Shown: in pieces, positions 32,153 to 40,579 of the stretch
Position numbering within the stretch: position 1 is the stretch's first letter
How the letters are laid out: each line of letters starts with the position of its first letter
Source of the DNA: Candidatus Marinacidobacterales bacterium
GTDB taxonomy: Bacteria; Acidobacteriota; Vicinamibacteria; Marinacidobacterales; DATDRI01
Direction of reading: 5' to 3'
Length of the DNA: 64,000 bases
Assembly: GCA_965219415.1 (NCBI GenBank)
Contig: OZ244742.1
Span: 1,952,001 to 2,016,000 of the forward strand
Made by a program: the position numbers and the translations under genes
The notes under the pieces: model-generated
What the model saw: only the letters and a program-made list of their open reading frames with translations
Told to the model about the DNA's origin: nothing
The model's database searches: none

Positions 32153-33127
32153 TTAGTAGGCCGCCAGTTTGCGGGCCGCCTCGACCACGTCAGTCACTTG
32201 CGGGATAAACGCATCCTCGAGCTCGGCGCTATAGGGGACCGGCGTATCCGGTGCGGTGATCCTAAGGATCGGACCATCCAGATCCTCGAAGACCTCTTCG
32301 GAAATGACTGCGGAGATCTCGCCCGCCATCCCGCCGGTGCGGGTGTCTTCGTGGAGGATCATGGCTTTGTTGATCCGGCGTACCGATTCCAGGATCGTCT
32401 CCCGATCGAGCGGCACCAAGCTCCTGAGGTCAATGACCTCGAGGTCGACTCCTTCTTTCTCCAAGACCTCTGCTGCCTCGAGGGCGACGTGCACCATCGC
32501 TCCGTAGGTGATGAGGACGATGTCCTTGCCCACGCGGCGTACCGCCGCCTTTCCGATGGGCACCGTGAAATCGTCGCTCGGTAGCTCTTCCTTTATCCTC
32601 CGATAAAGATACTTATGCTCCAGGTACAGTACCGGATCCTCGTCCCGCACCGCAGACTTCATCAACCCCTTCGCATCGTGCACGGTGGCCGGCGCCACTA
32701 CCTTCAGCCCGGGTGTGTGAACGAAGTGCATCTCGGGATTCTGAGAGTGAAACGGTCCCGCTCGCACGCCGCCACCCGCCGGACCACGTAGCACGATAGG
32801 AACACCCGCTCCCCAACGGTATCGACTCTTGGCGGCAAAATTAGTGATCATGTTGAAGGCATTGGCGATGAAATCGATGAACTGAAACTCTACGATCGGT
32901 CGCAAACCCATGTAGGCGGCGCCAATCGCAACGCCGGTGTACCCTTCTTCACTAATCGGTGTGTCGATCACCCGATCTCCACCGAACTTGTCGAGAAAAC
33001 CCTTGGTCACCTTGAACGCACCACCGTAGACCCCGATGTCTTCACCTAGAATGAGAACGCGCTCGTCGCGCTCCATCTCCTCCCACATCGCTTGACGGAT
33101 CGCTTCGAGGTACGTGATTTCGGCCAT
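32153..33127 (-). CDS. 2-oxoacid dehydrogenase E1 beta subunit
   Basis: GEDIG..GG, DTPISE, EFQFIDF, GPFHSQ. Confidence 0.95.
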   Translation of the reverse strand: MAEITYLEAIRQAMWEEMERDERVLILGEDIGVYGGAFKVTKGFLDKFGGDRVIDTPISEEGYTGVAIGAAYMGLRPIVEFQFIDFIANAFNMITNFAAKSRYRWGAGVPIVLRGPAGGGVRAGPFHSQNPEMHFVHTPGLKVVAPATVHDAKGLMKSAVRDEDPVLYLEHKYLYRRIKEELPSDDFTVPIGKAAVRRVGKDIVLITYGAMVHVALEAAEVLEKEGVDLEVIDLRSLVPLDRETILESVRRINKAMILHEDTRTGGMAGEISAVISEEVFEDLDGPILRITAPDTPVPYSAELEDAFIPQVTDVVEAARKLAAY

Positions 33128-33130
33128 GAT

Positions 33131-34174
33131 CTAGTTGGAACTGCTTTCTACCGAAGTCGACGTGTGATGAAAGACCTGGTCACTTCCCGGCGCACCCCCC
33201 GTAAGCATTGACGCGGGCTCCTGCTCGGCCCGGGCGACATCCTCCGCAATGACACTCGCGACCCGCGCGAGAATGACCTCTTGCTCCTCGCGTTGGATTT
33301 GAGCGTGCTCGCCGAGAAAGGCCTCAAACTGCTCCACCGGATCGCTCAATTCGTCATCCTCCGGCGCCATTTTCTGCTCGTCGTCATCGTCGTTAGCGGC
33401 GCCAGCTTCGCCCTGCAGGGGAAAGACATCCTCGCGCATGCTGAATCGGGATCGACCGGCTGTGCTAGCTTCGATCAGAGACGGCCCCTTTCCGGATCGC
33501 CCGCGTTCCACCGCTGCGTCTACGACCTGTAACACCTGCAGCACGTCGTTTCCGTCTACCATGACCGTGGGTAGGCCGTAAGCCTTTAGCCGCTCGTAGT
33601 GGTTCCGACCGGCAGGTGCGTGAGTGGCCGGTGCACGCAAACCGACAGGTTTTTTTTCGACCACCACCACCAGCGGAACCTCATGCACCGCCGCGAAATT
33701 GAGACCCTCGTGAAAATCACCGGTGGCCACCGCCCGGTCGCTCACCATCGCAAGTGCTACCGAATCCTTCTTCTGCATCTTGGCGGCATAGCCTATACCG
33801 GCCATGCCCCCCAAGTGCGTGGCCAGGTGTCCGCTCGGCCCTACCAGTCCCCGCTCCAAGTCCCCAAACTGTATCGAGCCATCGCGACCATGTGTCGGAC
33901 TCGACTGCTTCCCCATGAAGTGCGAAAGGATCTCGTAAGGACGAACTCCACGCGCGAGCAGGGCGCCATTAGTGGGAATCGCGGAGGAGAAGAAGTCACG
34001 GGCCTCCAAAGGGTAGGCTGCTCCTAAACCGAGAGCCTCCTGTCCGGTGCTAATGGGAAGCGTGCCCACCAGTTTCCCGGCGCGGAAGAGTCGAACCAGC
34101 TCTTCCTCGAGGCTGCGATTGAGCTTCAGGAAATAGTAAAGCTCATGAAGTTGTTGCTTTCCAAACCTCGACAT
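33131..34174 (-). CDS. E1 alpha-like subunit with degenerate ThDP-binding motifs
   Basis: GQEA, THGRDG, GDFHEGLNFAAV, VDGNDV, GPSLIEA present; GDG->SDR, NN->KK. Confidence 0.85.
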   Translation of the reverse strand: MSRFGKQQLHELYYFLKLNRSLEEELVRLFRAGKLVGTLPISTGQEALGLGAAYPLEARDFFSSAIPTNGALLARGVRPYEILSHFMGKQSSPTHGRDGSIQFGDLERGLVGPSGHLATHLGGMAGIGYAAKMQKKDSVALAMVSDRAVATGDFHEGLNFAAVHEVPLVVVVEKKPVGLRAPATHAPAGRNHYERLKAYGLPTVMVDGNDVLQVLQVVDAAVERGRSGKGPSLIEASTAGRSRFSMREDVFPLQGEAGAANDDDDEQKMAPEDDELSDPVEQFEAFLGEHAQIQREEQEVILARVASVIAEDVARAEQEPASMLTGGAPGSDQVFHHTSTSVESSSN

Positions 34175-34853
34175 GAGATTCCTGGAGAAGGTTCTCGGAC
34201 GTGCCGGCGAGCATCATTCTGTCGAAGACCCGCCCGAAATCGGAGCACAGTGCATCGGCCACCTCAAGGGCTGGCACCGTACCCCCCAGCACACTTTGCA
34301 TCGAAGCGACTTCGCGGCCGACGATACCACACGGGACGATGCGATTGAAGTAGCTGAGATCGGTGGTGACGTTGAGAGCGAAACCATGGGATGTCACCCA
34401 TCGCGAAACCCGCACGCCGATAGCGGCGAGCTTTCCTTGCTCGTGCCAAACGCCGGTTAAGCCCTGTTGACGCCGTCCCTCGATCCCGAAGCGGGCGACG
34501 GTGCGGATGAGCACTTCCTCGAGCCGCCTCAAATAGACATGGGCGTCGGGCTGGGACTCCTTGAGATCCAGGATCGGGTAGCCCACGAGCTGACCATGAC
34601 CGTGGAACGTGATATCGCCTCCCCGGTCGGTGAGGACGAACGTGGCGCCCAGCCGCTCTAGCTCGCGCTCGTCTGCGAGCAGGTGCTCTCTCTTTCCGCC
34701 CCGCCCCAGGGTGTACGTGGGCGGATGCTCGACGAGAAGAAGAACATCTGGAATATCGCCAGTCTGGCGGCGTTTTACGAATTGGCGCTGAAGGTCCCAG
34801 ACCTCGTGATAACTCCGACGGCCTAGATCGATCCGCCAACAGAGCTTAGGCAT
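34143..34853 (-). CDS. lipB: lipoyl(octanoyl) transferase
   Basis: EHPPTYTLG, RGGDITFHG, KLAAIG, HGFALNV, PCGI. Confidence 0.95.
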   Translation of the reverse strand: MPKLCWRIDLGRRSYHEVWDLQRQFVKRRQTGDIPDVLLLVEHPPTYTLGRGGKREHLLADERELERLGATFVLTDRGGDITFHGHGQLVGYPILDLKESQPDAHVYLRRLEEVLIRTVARFGIEGRRQQGLTGVWHEQGKLAAIGVRVSRWVTSHGFALNVTTDLSYFNRIVPCGIVGREVASMQSVLGGTVPALEVADALCSDFGRVFDRMMLAGTSENLLQESHVEVWKATTS

Positions 34854-36249
34854 GAATCGGCAGATCCTCAGCAGCGTGCGCCGCTTCCATGACGGACTCC
34901 GAAAGCGTCGGGTGTGCGTGAACCGCGCGCATCAGCGACTCGGCGGTGGCTTCGTGCTCGAGGGCCACCACCGCCTCCGCAATGAGATCTGTGGCGTGTG
35001 GCCCAATGATGTGAACTCCGAGCAGCTCGTCGTATTTCGCTTCGCTGACGATCTTCACGAACCCTTCACGTTCTTCCAAGATGCTGGCCTTGCTGTTGGC
35101 GGCAAAAGGAAACCGACCGACTCGGACGTCGTAACCTCTTTCTTGGGCGGTGGCCTCGGTGATCCCGACACTCGCCACCTCAGGCGAACAGTAGGTGGCG
35201 CTCGGCATGTGCCCGTAGTTCATGGGCCGCACCTCGCGGCCGGCGATCTTCTCGACCGCGAGAATGCCTTCCGCCGAACCCACATGCGCCAGTTGTTGCG
35301 ATGGAACAATGTCGCCGATGGCGAACACGTGTCTCGCAGACGTCTCCATGAAACCATTGACCGGAATAAAGTCTCTTTCCGTTTCGATGCCGACCCGCTC
35401 CAATCCGATCCCTTCGGTTCTCGGCTTCCGACCGACGGCCACGAGAAGCTTCTCGACGGTGCGGACCCCTGCCTTCCCGTCCGGTCCGGTGAAGCTGACG
35501 GTCACTGCGTTTCCTTCGTTCTTGACGGATTCCACCGTTGTTCCGGCAAGTGTCTCGATGCCCCGTTTCTTGAAGGACTCTGCCAAAGCGTCCGAGATCT
35601 CCTCGTCTTCGACCGGCAAGATGCGCGGCAACATCTCGATCAGCGTCACCTCGGTGCCGAAGCTAGAGAACATCGAAGCAAACTCAACGCCTACCGCTCC
35701 GGCGCCGATGACCGCGAGCGACTTCGGCTGTGCCGGTAGGGACAGTATTTCGGTATTGGTAAGAATGTTCTGGCCGTCGATCTCCATGCCAGGGAGACTT
35801 CGAGCTTCGGATCCGGTCGCAACAATAATGTTGCGCGCGTAGACCGTCTGGACGCCCTCGGCTCCTTTGATCTCAACCTTGCCCGCACCGGCAATTGCGC
35901 CAAAGCCCTTGACCGTCTCGACCTTGTTCTTCTTTAGAAGGAAACCAACTCCTCCGGAGAGCCTCTTGACGACTCTCTCCTTGCGTTTCTGGAGCGCCGC
36001 CCAATCGAGGCGAACATTCTCCACCACCACACCGAAATCCCGCGCGCGCTTGAGCTGGTCCAAAAGGTCCGCGGTATGAAGGAGCGCCTTGGTGGGTATG
36101 CAACCCACGTGAAGACAGGTCCCTCCGAAGACACCGTCCTTCTCCACCACCATCGTTTTGAGACCCAGCTGTCCGGCCCGAATCGCAGCCACGTAGCCGC
36201 CGGGGCCGCTCCCGATCACCACCACGTCGATCACTGTTTCTTGCGCCAT
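34846..36249 (-). CDS. lpdA: dihydrolipoyl dehydrogenase
   Basis: GSGPGGY, GGTCLHVGCIPTK, HAHPTLSE. Confidence 0.97.
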   Translation of the reverse strand: MAQETVIDVVVIGSGPGGYVAAIRAGQLGLKTMVVEKDGVFGGTCLHVGCIPTKALLHTADLLDQLKRARDFGVVVENVRLDWAALQKRKERVVKRLSGGVGFLLKKNKVETVKGFGAIAGAGKVEIKGAEGVQTVYARNIIVATGSEARSLPGMEIDGQNILTNTEILSLPAQPKSLAVIGAGAVGVEFASMFSSFGTEVTLIEMLPRILPVEDEEISDALAESFKKRGIETLAGTTVESVKNEGNAVTVSFTGPDGKAGVRTVEKLLVAVGRKPRTEGIGLERVGIETERDFIPVNGFMETSARHVFAIGDIVPSQQLAHVGSAEGILAVEKIAGREVRPMNYGHMPSATYCSPEVASVGITEATAQERGYDVRVGRFPFAANSKASILEEREGFVKIVSEAKYDELLGVHIIGPHATDLIAEAVVALEHEATAESLMRAVHAHPTLSESVMEAAHAAEDLPIHA

Positions 36250-36811
36250 ACTACTCGTCCTTATCTTAGTGCTCGCTCGCTGGCCCTCGCTCTTCCATCA
36301 ATGGCGCGGGGCCTCACCGCTGCCTGGCGAAGTCGACTAGTGGCACCGACCTCTTTGGGCAGCCGACACGAGCGAGCCGGCGGCCCTCACGGGCCGCTCC
36401 TCTCCTGCTCACTTGCGGGCCTATTTCTCTTTTTGTTCTTTTCAGAGTTGGGCTTTTTTCGCCCTAGCACCCTTCGATACGCCGGATCCCTCCAAGGACC
36501 TGACAGGGTTGATCTTTTGGCGCCCGGCGGGCAGTTTACCCCCGCCTGGCGGCTCCAGGCAACAGAAAAGCGGCTTTTTGGAGGGACACGGTCGGTATTT
36601 AAGAAATCCATTGCACCGACCGGCCCCTGTGTTAAACTACCACTTAGCCTGTCCGTGGGCATCTACGCCGTTTTGCTGGGCTTATACGACTCACTCGCCC
36701 CTAAGACCAGACTAGAGCCGGATGGAGATAGACCTCGAAGTGATACCTGCTTTTCCATCCTTCGAAGTTGCCCGAGAACGAGCGGTCGACGGACCCGAAA
36801 CAAGTGAAATC

Positions 36812-38290
36812 ATGAGGACCTATAAGAACTTCGTTGGGGGAAAGTTTGTGCCCTCCGAAAGCACGAAAAAAGTGCCCAACGAAAACCCTTCCGACACGAC
36901 CGACGTGCTCGGGGAGGTAGTCCTCTCTACTCGCGAGGAAGCGCGTCGAGCCATCGAAGTGGCGGCGGAAGCCTATCCGGAGTGGCGGGCGACCCCGGCT
37001 CCGGTTCGCGGCAGGATGGTATCGCGTGCCGGCCAGATTCTGAGAGACAGCAAAGATTCCATGGCAGAGCTCATTTGCCGCGAAGAGGGCAAGACCGTGG
37101 CGGAGGCCGGAGGAGAGATCCTGCGCTCCATCAACGTGTTGGAGTTCAACGGCAGTCAGGCCGCCCGGATGAGCGGTGAGACCATCCCCTCGGAACTTCC
37201 GAACAATCTCATTTACACCATGCGTCAGCCACTCGGGGTCGTGGGAACCATCACGCCCTGGAACTTTCCGCTCGCGATTCCGGCCTGGAAGATCGCTCCG
37301 GCCCTTGTCGCGGGCAACACCGTGGTCTTCAAGCCGGCCACCTTGACGGTAGAAACGGCGACGCGATTGGTGGAGATCTTGACCGAGGCGGGAATCCCTC
37401 CCGGCGTTCTAAATATGGTCATCGGGTCAGGGAGCGATGTCGGCGACGAAATCGTCATGAATCCGTCCGTCCGCGCGGTCTCGTTCACGGGATCGAATCC
37501 GGTGGGTGTGAAGCTTTATGAGCAGGGCAGCCGGCGCGGACTGCGCGTCCAGTGCGAGATGGGCGGAAAGAACCCGATCGTAGTGCTCGAGGACGCCGAC
37601 CTCGATCTAGCCGTTGCCTGCGCTGCCAGCGGGGCCTTTGGCTCCTCCGGCCAGCGGTGCACTGCCACCAGTCGGGCGGTGGTCGTCGAGAAGATTGCCG
37701 ACGCCTTTGTCGAAAAGCTGGTGGAGAAAACCAAGACCCTCCGCGTCGGCCGTAGCGACGACGCCGCGACCGGCGTCGGACCTTTGGTGGACAAGCATCA
37801 GTATGATTCGGTACTCGGCTACATCCGTAGCGGCCGCGAAGAAGGCGCCGAGCTCGTATATGGCGGTGGTAAGGCCGGCGGACCCGGCCTCGAAAACGGT
37901 TTCTACGTCGAGCCCACTATCTTCGACAAGACGACCCCCGAGATGAAGATCATCCAGGAAGAAATTTTCGGGCCGGTGCTCTCGATTCAGCGAGTAAAGA
38001 ACTTCGATGAAGCCCTTGAAGTAGCGAACTCGGTTCCCTTCGGTTTGGCCTCCTCGATTTTCACCAGTGACACGTCGAAGAGTCTCCGTTTCGTGGATGC
38101 AATCGGAACGGGTATCACCCACGTCAATTCTCCCACCACCGGTGGCGAGGCCCAGGTGCCGTTCGGCGGTATCAAGGCCACGGGAATCGGCGACCGAGAG
38201 CAAGGTTCCACTACTCTTGATTTCTACACTGAGGTCAAGGTGGTTTACGTTGACTATACCGGTACCAAGCGTACCGGCCATTTGTACTGA
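36812..38290 (+). CDS. aldehyde dehydrogenase family protein
   Basis: ITPWNFP, FTGS, EMGGKN, GQRCTA, EEIFGP, PFGG. Confidence 0.95.
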   Translation: MRTYKNFVGGKFVPSESTKKVPNENPSDTTDVLGEVVLSTREEARRAIEVAAEAYPEWRATPAPVRGRMVSRAGQILRDSKDSMAELICREEGKTVAEAGGEILRSINVLEFNGSQAARMSGETIPSELPNNLIYTMRQPLGVVGTITPWNFPLAIPAWKIAPALVAGNTVVFKPATLTVETATRLVEILTEAGIPPGVLNMVIGSGSDVGDEIVMNPSVRAVSFTGSNPVGVKLYEQGSRRGLRVQCEMGGKNPIVVLEDADLDLAVACAASGAFGSSGQRCTATSRAVVVEKIADAFVEKLVEKTKTLRVGRSDDAATGVGPLVDKHQYDSVLGYIRSGREEGAELVYGGGKAGGPGLENGFYVEPTIFDKTTPEMKIIQEEIFGPVLSIQRVKNFDEALEVANSVPFGLASSIFTSDTSKSLRFVDAIGTGITHVNSPTTGGEAQVPFGGIKATGIGDREQGSTTLDFYTEVKVVYVDYTGTKRTGHLY

Positions 38291-38297
38291 GGTTGGA

Positions 38298-38972
38298 TTG
38301 GGAAGCAGGAGAGAACTAAAGAAATCGAAACCGCGGGTCGCGTCGGGTCGAACGAGAACCACCGCATCGAGTCGAACGAGGTCCAAGTCGAAAACCAAGT
38401 CCGCGACGGCGCTACGGCGAACCCGCACCAAGCGGGTGCGCCCCAAGCATTTGAAGGCGGTCCAGGCGGTGAAGAGTGCGCCCAAGAGCGCCTCGGCTCC
38501 GCCCCCGAAGCTTGTGCCCGTCCCCTTCCCTGAGGGGTTTCGTCCCCAGAAGGCGCCAGAGTCGAACGAGAAATCGGCTCACCTGGAGAAGCTGAAGCAA
38601 CTTTTCGAGGGCGCCCCGATCAGCCATGCCCTGGGCATGACGCTCGGGTACTGCGAAAACGGCGTAGCACGGGTCCGTTTGCCGTTCCGCAAGGAGTTCG
38701 AAGAGGGCCACGGGGTCATACACGGTGGCTTGATCGGTCTACTGGCAGACACCGCCGGCAATTACGCGGTCGGCTCGGTGTCCCCGGGCTCCACCGTCAA
38801 GACGGTCGAGTTCAAGATAAGCCTCTTGGCCGGAGTTCAGGGCGATCTCTTGGCCATCGGGGAAGTCGTCCGCAAGGGAAGAACGCTGGCCACTTGCCGG
38901 TTGGAAGTCGTGGAAGGAAATGATCGCGTCGTGGCGATCGGCTTGGCCACCTACGCACTCCAAGCGGTGTAG
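38298..38972 (+). CDS. PaaI family thioesterase with basic N-terminal extension
   Basis: GVIHGG...ADTA hotdog motif; K/R/S/T-rich N-terminus; start uncertain. Confidence 0.75.
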   Translation: MGSRRELKKSKPRVASGRTRTTASSRTRSKSKTKSATALRRTRTKRVRPKHLKAVQAVKSAPKSASAPPPKLVPVPFPEGFRPQKAPESNEKSAHLEKLKQLFEGAPISHALGMTLGYCENGVARVRLPFRKEFEEGHGVIHGGLIGLLADTAGNYAVGSVSPGSTVKTVEFKISLLAGVQGDLLAIGEVVRKGRTLATCRLEVVEGNDRVVAIGLATYALQAV

Positions 38973-39022
38973 ACGCCGCGGAGACTCTTTCTTCGCGGTG
39001 CCGTACGTAGGTGGGGACCCGC

Positions 39023-39814
39023 CTACGGCTTCTCCAGCGTGCCCACGAATTCCCACATCTCCTCGAACAACATTTCTTTGTGATCGGTCAACCGATGATC
39101 TCCTTCGTCGATGAGTGTGAGCCTCGATACCTCGACCTTCTGAGTGAAGTTTTTGGAGAGTCGATGGGGGACAGCTTCATCATGAGTGCCGTGTAGAATG
39201 AGTGTCGGCGTCTTGAGCTTCCTCACTAGGGTCGCAATGGGATAGTGGGCTTCGTCTTCGACGAACCCATAACCCAAGTCGAACTCGGCGCTCTCGGTGA
39301 CCAAATGGGTCTTCCCCTCCTCCCGCCACTTCTGCGCCTTGCCGCGCCCTAGAGCCAAGAGGAGACGACCGGCCATTTCGAACGCGGGGGCCACCACGAG
39401 GTTGGCGGCGATCTTCCCCGGGTTGAGCGCCGAGTACCAAAGTGCAGTGAGCCCGCCCATCGAGGATCCGACGAGACACACCGAAGCGAACGGGCCTTCT
39501 TGTTCGACGAAACGAAGTCCCCGCTCGATATCGTGCAGGTTTCGGCTCAGGGACAAGCCAAGGAGCCCGCCTTCCGAGTCACCGTGTCCCGTGAGGTCCA
39601 GGCTGGCGAATGCCTCTCCTCGCCGCGCTACTTGGCGGGCGAAATACAGGGCCTTCTCGCCTCGTCGATTGGAGTTGAGCCCATGGACGAAGAACCAAAG
39701 CCGGGATGACTTGCTGGCCGCGGGAACGAAATCAAGGGCAAGCCTCGCCTCGTCGTCCCTATCGGGCTCGACCCAGCGAGGCGGGCTCTCCTTCATGGTC
39801 GGTTCAACGTCCAC
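39023..39814 (-). CDS. alpha/beta hydrolase
   Basis: HG, GHGDS, GSSMGG, HGTHD, GDHRL. Confidence 0.9.
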   Translation of the reverse strand: MDVEPTMKESPPRWVEPDRDDEARLALDFVPAASKSSRLWFFVHGLNSNRRGEKALYFARQVARRGEAFASLDLTGHGDSEGGLLGLSLSRNLHDIERGLRFVEQEGPFASVCLVGSSMGGLTALWYSALNPGKIAANLVVAPAFEMAGRLLLALGRGKAQKWREEGKTHLVTESAEFDLGYGFVEDEAHYPIATLVRKLKTPTLILHGTHDEAVPHRLSKNFTQKVEVSRLTLIDEGDHRLTDHKEMLFEEMWEFVGTLEKP

Positions 39815-40029
39815 TTCGACTCCTTGAACTCACACGTTTCTAGTAGAAGACCAGAGTATCGGCACTTTGGAAACGGAACGACGGCACACGGAAAAGAAAC
39901 CGGATAACCTATTTGTAACGTGAGCTCTTGGCGGGGGTCAACGATCCCCGACTCGCCTTCGAAAACCTGCCGCGTCGAGCTCGTTCCTCAAACGATGTGG
40001 TTGCCTGGTAAGCGGGTCTCGCGTTGCGC

Positions 40030-40555
40030 CTACGCCTGCGGTGGGTCGGGTGGTGGCACTCTATCTCTCCGGCGGTTCCACCACCTTGCGACGACCGGCA
40101 AGAAGATGAGAATTAGAAGCCATCGCGAATGCTGCATCAGGGTTCTGCCGAAACCCACCGCGCTGGTCTTGACGTATTCCTGAGCTTCGGCGTCATTGGC
40201 GTGCTCGGCGATGGCGTGTCCCCCTAGCGCGTACTCTTTCGCGTAAGCTAGCACCGCCGAGCGCGCACTTCCAGCCAATGGCCATACCACCCATCGCGAG
40301 GTACCCGATCGCGAGCCCCCCAATCGCATAGCCTCCGATCGAGACACCCGCGAGCGAGATCAGGCCGAGACCGAACCCACCCAGAGCGATCCCACCGAAG
40401 GCAAGGCCCCCGACGGAGACGACACCGAAGGCGATGTCCCCGATGGCGATCCAGCCTCGCGCGACACCCCGCCGCACACGCCCGTCCACCATCTGTGCGG
40501 TACTCACATGGATAATCGGCAGACCGAGTATCGAGGCATTCGAGCGGTATTGCAT
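40030..40555 (-). CDS. Gly-rich membrane protein, frameshifted near 40255
   Basis: GLPIIHV, ARGWIAIGD, repeated A(I/V)GG units. Confidence 0.6.
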
Positions 40556-40579
40556 CGGTTCCTCCTCTTTAAGACTTCA

